Part shown: piece by piece, positions 7,996 to 15,931 of the stretch
Layout of the letters: the number at the start of each line of letters is the position of its first letter
Numbering within the stretch: the stretch's first letter is position 1
Assembly (NCBI GenBank): GCA_965649225.1
Contig: CBFGJX010000023.1
Span: 1-18,465 of the forward strand
Direction of reading: 5' to 3'
DNA: 18,465 nucleotides
Origin: a candidate division WOR-3 bacterium
GTDB lineage: Bacteria; Hydrothermota; Tepidihabitantia; Tepidihabitantales; Tepidihabitantaceae
Translations under genes and position numbers: made by a program
Notes under the pieces: model-generated
Told to the model about the DNA's origin: nothing
Seen by the model: the letters and a program-made list of their open reading frames with translations, nothing else
The model's database searches: none

Positions 7996-8298
7996 CAGGC
8001 AGTGGCCAGAATATTCGCTAAAGACGACCAGGTGGCCGGTCAGCGGCGGACCGCCATTTTCACGGCGCCGGACCGGAACACGAAACCAACTGCCTGAGCC
8101 ACTTCAGCCCGTTTCGGCGACACCCGAAACCATGCCAATACTGGGACAGAATCCGGGTTCAAGTCCCAACAAACAAACAGGCAATATGTTATGGCAACAG
8201 TTGTTCTTGCGTTTCTCAAAAATCCGATTTTACCAACCCTCCCGGAGCCGCCTCCCCGGCTGTGGATGCGCCGGCAGTACCCACAAGTCCGTCAGCGG

Positions 8299-9057
8299 CT
8301 ATCGCCGCTTCCGTCGCCCGGTAACTGCCTCAATCAGTGCCCGGGTTCTGGGAAGGTCGTAGAGATAGTACTCGGCCGGATTGGACGGTGCCTCTTCGGC
8401 AAGTACCTGCCGCGCCTGCGCAAGGGCCATGCCCTTGCGCCGCGTATCGGCCAGCAGCTGAGCATAGCTGGCACGCAGCAGGGTCAGGTGCGGGTCGCAA
8501 CGCAGGCCGCGGACATAGCACGATTCGGCACGAACCAGATTGCCACCGAGATAGGCCGGCATTTCCTGGTAGAACCGGCCCAGCGCATACCAGCCGAGCG
8601 CGTAACCGGAATCAAACCGGACCGCGTTCTCGAAACAGCGTCGGATTTCCGGCACCGCCGCCACCGACGCCGCTATACCCTGCACCTGGCAATAGCGCAC
8701 CTGTACCGTGCCATACCACAGCCGGCCTGGCGCACTGTTCGGGTCCAGGGCAATCAACTCGCGCGCGGCGCCCTCGGCCTGGCGATACCAGAACAGCTTG
8801 GCTGACCGGGTCTTCTCCTCGTCACCACGCAACAGACAGTATCGAGCCTTGAGTTCCAGATACTGCCGTGAACTTCTGTCCAAACGAGCAGCACTGTCGA
8901 GACAGATACCGCAGGAGTCCAGAAAACCCGCCCCGGCATGATGGTTGAGCAGAAAAAACTCCGCCCGGGTCAGAAAGGCCTTGCCGCCCGCCACACCCGG
9001 CAGAGAGCCAGCCCGGACAACAGCAGAGCAGAAACCGGCCGCAACAATCGCGGTCAA
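8299..9057 (-). CDS. Tetratricopeptide-repeat-like protein, probably exported; start uncertain
   Basis: Helical TPR-like segments ARELIALDPNSAPGRLWYG, FENAVRFDSGYALGWYALGRFYQEMPAYLGGNLVRAESCYVRGLRCDP; hydrophobic N-terminus. The TTG start has no obvious RBS and the frame stays open upstream without an ATG. Confidence 0.75.
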   Translation of the reverse strand: MTAIVAAGFCSAVVRAGSLPGVAGGKAFLTRAEFFLLNHHAGAGFLDSCGICLDSAARLDRSSRQYLELKARYCLLRGDEEKTRSAKLFWYRQAEGAARELIALDPNSAPGRLWYGTVQVRYCQVQGIAASVAAVPEIRRCFENAVRFDSGYALGWYALGRFYQEMPAYLGGNLVRAESCYVRGLRCDPHLTLLRASYAQLLADTRRKGMALAQARQVLAEEAPSNPAEYYLYDLPRTRALIEAVTGRRKRR

Positions 9058-9115
9058 GCCAGCTCGGCTGGCGATGCGCCCAGTAATCTTGGCAGTTGTC
9101 GTCCTGATCGGGGCA

Positions 9116-9143
9116 ATGCTAACAGCTCAACAAAATCTGTCAA
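9116..9143 (-). promoter_or_regulatory. Sigma70-type promoter for the TPR gene
   Basis: TTGACA (9143-9138), 16-nt spacer, TAGCAT (9121-9116). Confidence 0.6.
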
Positions 9144-9190
9144 TCCGACGCTCAATATCCTGTCGGCGTCAATCCGGCCCGCCACCGGGT

Positions 9191-9218
9191 TTGACTGAAC
9201 CCGCCGCAGTCTTATACT
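9191..9218 (+). promoter_or_regulatory. Sigma70-type promoter for the ABC permease pair
   Basis: TTGACT (9191-9196), 16-nt spacer, TATACT (9213-9218), 14 nt before the ATG at 9233. Confidence 0.7.
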
Positions 9219-9232
9219 CGGCTGGCACGACG

Positions 9233-10180
9233 ATGAAGTACCGGCACCGCGAAGCGCTGACCGCAATCCTCTTCCTGCTGCCGGCGGTCATCATCCTTGG
9301 GGTTTTCCGGGTCCTGCCAATTCTGCTCTCGGTCCGGATGAGTCTGTACGACTGGGGAATGGCCGGCGCCCGTGCCTTTGTCGGTCTCGGCAACTACCTT
9401 GCCGTTCTCCGCGACCCGGTGTTCTGGCAGTCACTCGCCACCACCGGCTGGTACATCATTTTCGAGGTACCGCTGGTTCTGTTTATCTCGCTGCTCGTCG
9501 CCGTACTGCTGAACCAGCAGATCCGAGGGCTTGGCCTCTATCGGACGATTTACTACCTGCCGGTGGTCACATCGATTGTCGCGGTATCGGTGGTCTGGCG
9601 CTGGATTCTTCACCCCGACCGCGGACTCTTGAATTACCTCTTGTCGCTGGTTGGTATCAATGGCATCCGCTGGTTGCAGGACCCCCGGGGACTGTTCCAG
9701 CTGCTTTTCGCTCCGGGCACGAATCTGCCGCCGCTGCTGCGCGGACCATCGATTGCCCTGTTATCACTGGTGATGATGGGAGTCTGGAAAGCGGTCGGCT
9801 ACAACACGGTCATTTTTCTGGCCGGCCTGCAGAACATCCCCAGAAGCTATTATGAAGCGGCACGGATCGATGGCGCCGGCCGCTGGACCACCTTCCGCCA
9901 CATCACCTGGCCGTTGATTTCTCCCACCACCTATTACGTTCTGATAATGAGCTCAATCAGTGCCTTCGAAACCTTTGCTCAGGTCTGGATCATGACCGGC
10001 CCGCCGCCGGGCGGGCCCCTCTCCACCACCAAGGTGGTGATGTACTACTTCTACGAAAACGCCTTCGAACTCTGGCGACTGGGATACGGCGCAGCCATCG
10101 CCTTTTTTGCCTTCCTCATCATCCTCGGCCTGACAATACTGCAACGGGTCGTACTGGAAAGAAAGGTCCAGTATGGCTAG
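9233..10180 (+). CDS. Carbohydrate ABC transporter permease (CUT1; MalF/UgpA-like)
   Basis: FLLPA, FVGLGNY, RTIYYLPVVTSIV, LAGLQNIP, EAA loop YYEAARIDGA, LGYGAA. Start moved from 8945 to ATG 9233 (MKYRHREAL), which lies downstream of the promoter and avoids overlapping the TPR gene. Confidence 0.92.
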   Translation: MKYRHREALTAILFLLPAVIILGVFRVLPILLSVRMSLYDWGMAGARAFVGLGNYLAVLRDPVFWQSLATTGWYIIFEVPLVLFISLLVAVLLNQQIRGLGLYRTIYYLPVVTSIVAVSVVWRWILHPDRGLLNYLLSLVGINGIRWLQDPRGLFQLLFAPGTNLPPLLRGPSIALLSLVMMGVWKAVGYNTVIFLAGLQNIPRSYYEAARIDGAGRWTTFRHITWPLISPTTYYVLIMSSISAFETFAQVWIMTGPPPGGPLSTTKVVMYYFYENAFELWRLGYGAAIAFFAFLIILGLTILQRVVLERKVQYG

Positions 10181-10997
10181 GCTGCGGATGCGGAATCTGC
10201 CTGTTCATATTCTGCTGCTGGCTGGCGGCATTGCCATGGTGCTGCCGTTTTTCTGGATGGTCTCGACTTCGCTCAAGACCCCGCTTGAGGCACTGGCATT
10301 CCCGCCAACCTGGCTGCCGGCCCGGCCGCAACTGCAGAACTATGTTGAGGTCTTCCGCCAGATACCGCTCTGGCGCTACCTGACCAACACCGTCATCGTC
10401 ACTGCACTCAGTCTGCTGGGAGTGCTGGCCACTGGAGTCCTGGCCGCCTACGCCTTTGCCCGGCTGAACTTTCCCGGCCGGGAGATAATCTTCATGGGCT
10501 TTCTGGCGCTGATGATGATTCCGCTGCCGGTCTATCTCGTCCCCTCCTACACGATACTCTTCCGGCTGCGCTGGATCGACACCTTTGCCGCGATGATCGT
10601 ACCGTGGGCAGTCAATATCTTTGCGATATTCCTGCTGCGCCAGCACATCCGGCAGCTGCCGCGCGACATTTTCGACGCGGCTCGAATCGACGGCTGTTCT
10701 CAGCTCCGGATTCTCTGGAACATCGTCCTGCCCCTCTGCCGGGCACCGCTCGTGACCATCACCGTCTTCAACGTCATTGCCTCGTGGAACTCATTCTTCT
10801 GGCCGCTGATTGTCACCAACAGCGACCGTATCCGCCCGTTGCAGGTCGGACTCGCCTATTTTTCGCGCGAGCAAAGCACCAACTACACCCTGCTGATGGC
10901 CGCCTCGACACTGGCAATTCTGCCGCTGGTTTTTCTGTTTCTCGCCGCCCAGCGCCAGATCGTACAGTCCCAGGCACGCAGCGGCCTGAAGGAATAG
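10173..10997 (+). CDS. Carbohydrate ABC transporter permease (CUT1; MalG/UgpE-like)
   Basis: PFFWMVSTSLK, AAYAFARLNFPGR, EAA loop IFDAARIDGC, WNSFFWPLIV, LLMAASTLAILP; overlaps the upstream stop codon. Confidence 0.93.
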   Translation: MARLRMRNLPVHILLLAGGIAMVLPFFWMVSTSLKTPLEALAFPPTWLPARPQLQNYVEVFRQIPLWRYLTNTVIVTALSLLGVLATGVLAAYAFARLNFPGREIIFMGFLALMMIPLPVYLVPSYTILFRLRWIDTFAAMIVPWAVNIFAIFLLRQHIRQLPRDIFDAARIDGCSQLRILWNIVLPLCRAPLVTITVFNVIASWNSFFWPLIVTNSDRIRPLQVGLAYFSREQSTNYTLLMAASTLAILPLVFLFLAAQRQIVQSQARSGLKE

Positions 10998-10999
10998 CT

Positions 11000-11029
11000 G
11001 CCGGCTGACCGGCGCCGGCGGCAGTCGGC
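11000..11029. terminator. GC-rich hairpin between convergent ABC permease and herA genes
   Basis: GCCGGCTG(11000-11007)...CAGTCGGC(11022-11029), with further internal pairing; it fills most of the 40-bp gap between two stop codons. Confidence 0.4.
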
Positions 11030-11037
11030 GAAACCGA

Positions 11038-12678
11038 TTACCAGTCGCGCCGGCGCCCGCGCCAGCGCTTGATCACGCGTTCGACATCCAGGTCCTTGAC
11101 GCCACTGGTCCACCAGCGGGCGTACTGGATATCATCGGAGCTGGGCCTCGGTTCGGGCAGGTCAACCATCAGCCGCGTGGGCATAATCACGGAGTCACCC
11201 AGCAGCAGGCCTTCGCCCACTCGCAGTGACGGCAGCATCGACAGCAGACCGGCCGATGCCTCCGGCACCAGCCTTCGGACATAATCCTGGTCTTCCGGAT
11301 TCACCAGACGCATCACAAAGAAGTTGTTGCACTGGGCCAGAACCGTCTCCGATAGCTCTTTCGGTCGCTGCGAAACAACAACCGCGCCGACACCGTACTT
11401 CCGGCCCTCCTTCATTATCCGTTCGACCGCGCTGCGGGCGGAACGATAACTGGGCAGGTCGCTGTTGGGGACATAGCTGTGGGCTTCCTCGTAGACCATC
11501 AGAATCGGGAAACGATCGTGCTCCGGATTCCAGAGGTTGAACTCGAATGCAATCCGGGATACGACCGCAACCACGATCCCGACTGTCTCGGTCGGAATGC
11601 CCGACAGGTCAATAATCGTCAAACGTTTGCCGGTATCGATCGACAAAAGGTCCCGCAGCAGCTGGGGCAGGGCGGCGTTGTCCGAATAAACTGATGGCCG
11701 AAACATGAACCGGTAGCGCGGGTCAACCAGTCGGGTATCGAAACGAATGAGAAACCGGTCGAATGTTCCGTACAGCGGCCCCTGAACCAGCTGGCCGTTG
11801 TTATCGTAGATCATCTGGATATTCCAGTTGCGCAGCTGGGCAATCATCTCGTCGAGGCTGTAATAGACCGGCGAATCGACCGTTACCTGCATCGTCGGGT
11901 CCAGCTTCTCTGAAATCACGGTGTTCTGCCGGGCCCGGACAATCGCATCGCGCAGCACGGTCACCTGGTTTCTGGCCGTTGGCTCGGAAGGGTCAACGGT
12001 GAGGTCAACAAACTCGTCAAACGACAGCAACCAGTAGGGCAACTCGACCTTGTCCGCTTCAACCACCAGCGCCTCATCGCCAAACGCACTGGCGTACTCG
12101 CCGTGCAAATCCAGAACGATTATGTGGGTCTCGGAAAACCGGCGGATAACCTGCTGCAGCATGCTGGCGACAGTACACGATTTCCCGCACCCGGTTGTGC
12201 CGAGTACAGCCAGATGCTGACCGAACAACCGGTCCAGCTGAACATAGGCCCGCTGTTGTGGCGAAAGCACCGGCCGGCCAAACGAGTAACCCCCAGCCTG
12301 AAAAGTCAGATAGATGCTGCCCAGCTCATCCGGCTGCAGCATCAACACCGGCTGACCCACAACCGGATAAACTGCAATGCCGGGCGTGAATCGGCCCGCC
12401 TGCATCGTACCAACCATCAGCACATCGGCAGTAACTGACCGAGAGCCGCCGGCGTCACGATTTGTACGGTTTCGACCATCCGGACGCGGCCCGCCTGCAG
12501 CTGCGCTCGTGACGATACCGACGACCTCGCAGCCAGCCACCGGCACCTTGACGTGTGAACCAGGCTGTCCGGCATAATAACCGCCATCCAGCGGCTCTGC
12601 CGGATTGACCTCCAGCTCAACCAGCAGCCGCTCGCCATCAACTGCGCCGACAGAACCAATTCGACAACTGTCTTTCAG
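11038..12678 (-). CDS. HerA/DUF87-family ATPase (FtsK-HerA superfamily), probable CTG start
   Basis: Walker A HLAVLGTTGCGKS, LDLHGEY, LPYWLL, IIDLSG, Walker B VYEEAH, arginine finger KEGRKYG, SQRP-x-ELSETVLAQC. The frame extends 44 codons above the ORF-track start to CTG at 12678, which follows GAGGAGG, and adds a HAS-barrel-like N-terminus (RIGSVGAVDGERLLVEL...GQPGSHVKV). Confidence 0.88.
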   Translation of the reverse strand: MKDSCRIGSVGAVDGERLLVELEVNPAEPLDGGYYAGQPGSHVKVPVAGCEVVGIVTSAAAGGPRPDGRNRTNRDAGGSRSVTADVLMVGTMQAGRFTPGIAVYPVVGQPVLMLQPDELGSIYLTFQAGGYSFGRPVLSPQQRAYVQLDRLFGQHLAVLGTTGCGKSCTVASMLQQVIRRFSETHIIVLDLHGEYASAFGDEALVVEADKVELPYWLLSFDEFVDLTVDPSEPTARNQVTVLRDAIVRARQNTVISEKLDPTMQVTVDSPVYYSLDEMIAQLRNWNIQMIYDNNGQLVQGPLYGTFDRFLIRFDTRLVDPRYRFMFRPSVYSDNAALPQLLRDLLSIDTGKRLTIIDLSGIPTETVGIVVAVVSRIAFEFNLWNPEHDRFPILMVYEEAHSYVPNSDLPSYRSARSAVERIMKEGRKYGVGAVVVSQRPKELSETVLAQCNNFFVMRLVNPEDQDYVRRLVPEASAGLLSMLPSLRVGEGLLLGDSVIMPTRLMVDLPEPRPSSDDIQYARWWTSGVKDLDVERVIKRWRGRRRDW

Positions 12679-12721
12679 GATTCCTCCTCACCGACCGTTC
12701 ACGACCAGTCGCAGAACGGGA

Positions 12722-13380
<659 letters not shown>

Positions 13381-13393
<13 letters not shown>

Positions 13394-14676
13394 TTCGCCA
13401 GTCTCCGGTCAAGAACGATTGTCTGCGCACGGTCCATGCCGACCGAAACCAGACCAACCTGGCACTCGACCAGCTCGGCCAGGCGGTCAAGATAACGCCT
13501 TGCCTGCAGGGGAAGCTCACGCCAGGCGCGACAATTGCCAGTCGGAGCAAGCCAGCCGGGCATGGTTTCATACACCGGAACCAGTTCGCCGGCACGAGTC
13601 GAATCAAACTCCGGCAAATGACCGCCGTCAACACGATAACCGGTACAGACCTTGATTTCGGGCATTGAATCCAGGATGTCCAGCTTGGTGATTGCCAATG
13701 ACCGGCAACCGTTGTAGCGCACGGCCGCACGCACCAGCGGTGCGTCGAACCACCCACAGCGACGCGGCCGACCGGTCGTTGCACCAAATTCAGCCCCCAG
13801 AGTCCTCAGATGCTCGGCGTCAGCCGGTGCCATTTCGGTCGGAAAAGGCCCCTCGCCGACCCGGGTGGTGTAGGCCTTGCTCACCCCAACGACCTGATCC
13901 AGCCACAACGGACTGATGCCGGCACCGGCTGGCACGCCGGCTGCACTGCTGGATGAAGAAGTTACATAGGGATACGTGCCCATGTCGAGGTCAAGGAAAG
14001 TCCCCTGCGCTCCCTCAAAAAGCACCCTCGCACCAGAGCGCAGAGCACTTTCGAGCCGGGCGCTGCCGTCGCCGATCATTCCGGTCAGAAAACGCGCATT
14101 CTCCAGTGCCGCGCGCATCGTTTCCTTCAAGGGCAGGGGCTCGCTGTCATGGAGCTCCATCAGCAGGAAATTTGCCGCGCTGGCGTTGCGGCGGAACTTC
14201 TCCTTGAACTTCTCCTCATCAAGCAGGTCAACTGCGCGAATCCCGACCCGGGCAACCTTGTCGACATAAGCCGGCCCGATTCCCTGTCCGGTTGTGCCGA
14301 TGCGCTGTCGACCGCCCTGTTCGTCGCGGCGCCGGTCGAGTTCCCGGTGGTAGGGCATGATCAGATGTGCCCGGCGGTCAACAATCAGCCGCCGGCCGGT
14401 TCGGACTCCAACACGGCGCAGTGACTTCAAGTCACGGCTGACCGCACCGGGATCAACAACACAGCCCGGGCCGATGATGTTCAATGTCTGAGGATGAATC
14501 ATCCCGGACGGAACCTGATGGAGTGTCAGACGCCGGTCACCAAAGCAGACCGTATGCCCGGCGTTAGGCCCGCCCTGATAGCGCACAACGACGTCGGCGC
14601 TTTCCGAAAGGTAATCAACAACCTTGCCCTTGCCCTCGTCTCCCCACTGCAGGCCGACAACCGCGAGACTCGCCAT
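13381..14676 (-). CDS. purA: Adenylosuccinate synthetase
   Basis: GLQWGDEGKGK, GGPNAGHTV, IGTTGQGIGPAY, FEGAQG, GTYPYVTSS, KAYTTRVGEGPFPTE, EFGATTGRPRRCGWFD. ATG at 14676 (alternative TTG at 14679). Confidence 0.97.
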
Positions 14677-14754
14677 CAACCAATCACCCGCTGCCCGGGC
14701 TCAGCAAAGGAATGCCGCCTGATATACCAACTGGCAATGGTGGAATCGCTGACG

Positions 14755-15867
14755 CTAGAACCGGTACGACAGAGAAAACTTGTAGTTCGAGGTCGGAAAA
14801 TCGTAAATCATCTGGTCGACGCTGATGTCGAACTTGAACCGGGCATATTCCAGGCCACCGCCAAAGGTCAGGCCGATGGTTCGAAAGTCACCCAGATTGC
14901 GTCGGGTCAGCAGGTCGCCCAAGCCGTAGTGTCGGGAAGTCCCGTCCTTTTCCAGGGTAATTCCGCCCCGCTGACCATCGAGGTCCTCGAAATAACCGAC
15001 CCGGGCAAAGACCAGGTTGGCGAACCCGGCTTCGATTCCCAGACTTTTCCACGTCCCGCGCAGTTCTTCCCGCAACATCCGGGAGAAACTCTTCTCTCCC
15101 TCCGGGTCATAGAACATGCCCACCAGTATCTTGGTGATTTCGGGCGTGATACCAACCTTGACGATGCCTGACTGCACCGGGTAGTAGGTGAACCCGAGCC
15201 GCAGCATCCGGGGCAGTGGATCGGACTCCCCGGACGAGGTGTAGGAGATGTTTGGTCCAATATTGGCAATCGCCGCGCCAAAATTGAGAAAGCTGAAGGG
15301 CTTGTACAGTACTCCCGCGTCAACCGCCCATGTCAAACCGGTTCCGCCCTGCTCAATACCAAGCTCGGGCATCACTTTCCAGACCCAGTCAGGGACCAGA
15401 AAAGAGTAAATCAGTTTGGCCCCGATGCCTACTCCGACTTTGGGCAGAATCGGATAGCCGTAGTAAAAGCCGGGCGTGAGGTCAAACGTTGTATAGCGAC
15501 CGAGAAACTCACCCCGTTCATTGACCACCTCGGTCTCACCGGTGGTAAGGTAGATCGCGTTGAACCCGATCGTTCCGCTGGATTGAATCCGGTGGGTGAC
15601 GCCGAGATTCTCGTAGTACATCCCCTCGTACAATCCGGGCAGCCAGTTGGCATGTTGCACGGTAATGTGAGTGCCTTCAAGAAATCCCAGCCCACCGGGA
15701 TTGTAGTACATTGCCGAAGCGTCATCGGCAATTGACGTAAAGGCACCCGCCATCGCGGTCGGTCGGGCCCCGGGCCAGATCATGAGAAAAACCGCACCGG
15801 GGTTCTGGCTGGCCAAAGCCGTGCCAAATCCCGCAATCAGAGCCAGCCAGATTCTTTTTCGATTCAT
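14755..15867 (-). CDS. porV: PorV/PorQ-family outer-membrane beta-barrel (T9SS shuttle-like, FadL superfamily)
   Basis: ATG at 15867 after AAGGAG; signal peptide; FLMIWPGARPTAMAGAFTSIADDASAMYYNPGGL, WLPGL, NIGPNISY, DPLPRMLRLG; C-terminal barrel signal FSLSYRF; lies directly downstream of the porU-like gene. Confidence 0.8.
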   Translation of the reverse strand: MNRKRIWLALIAGFGTALASQNPGAVFLMIWPGARPTAMAGAFTSIADDASAMYYNPGGLGFLEGTHITVQHANWLPGLYEGMYYENLGVTHRIQSSGTIGFNAIYLTTGETEVVNERGEFLGRYTTFDLTPGFYYGYPILPKVGVGIGAKLIYSFLVPDWVWKVMPELGIEQGGTGLTWAVDAGVLYKPFSFLNFGAAIANIGPNISYTSSGESDPLPRMLRLGFTYYPVQSGIVKVGITPEITKILVGMFYDPEGEKSFSRMLREELRGTWKSLGIEAGFANLVFARVGYFEDLDGQRGGITLEKDGTSRHYGLGDLLTRRNLGDFRTIGLTFGGGLEYARFKFDISVDQMIYDFPTSNYKFSLSYRF

Positions 15868-15895
15868 TACAGGTCTCCTTTTCAACTGCAAAAAC

Positions 15896-15923
15896 ATTAT
15901 AGACCACCCTCTCTACCGGTCAA
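15896..15923 (-). promoter_or_regulatory. Strong sigma70-type promoter upstream of porV
   Basis: TTGACC (15923-15918), 16-nt spacer, TATAAT (15901-15896). Confidence 0.75.
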
Positions 15924-15931
15924 GCAACCAG

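Noticed and set aside
8118..8137. Minus-strand TGGCATG as a sigma54 promoter
   Set aside because: The -12 TTGC element is missing (TGGCATGGTTTCGGG) and no convincing gene follows.
8155..8167. GGGTTCAAGTCCC resembling a tRNA T-arm
   Set aside because: The stem is only 3 bp, and no acceptor, D or anticodon arms can be folded around it.
9054..9095. Possible 13-codon CTG-started leader peptide whose TGA overlaps the TPR gene TTG
   Set aside because: Support is only a weak AGGA and a rare start codon, which cannot be distinguished from chance.
8945..9232. N-terminal extension of the 411-aa permease ORF
   Set aside because: It overlaps the TPR gene and both divergent promoters; permease-like sequence begins only at ATG 9233.
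12417..12659. 80-aa ORF suggesting a frameshifted herA N-terminus
   Set aside because: The herA frame itself is open up to 12687, so no frameshift is needed.
15868..15897. Upstream ATG (15897) for porV
   Set aside because: It overlaps the -10 box; ATG 15867 has an RBS and gives a proper signal peptide.
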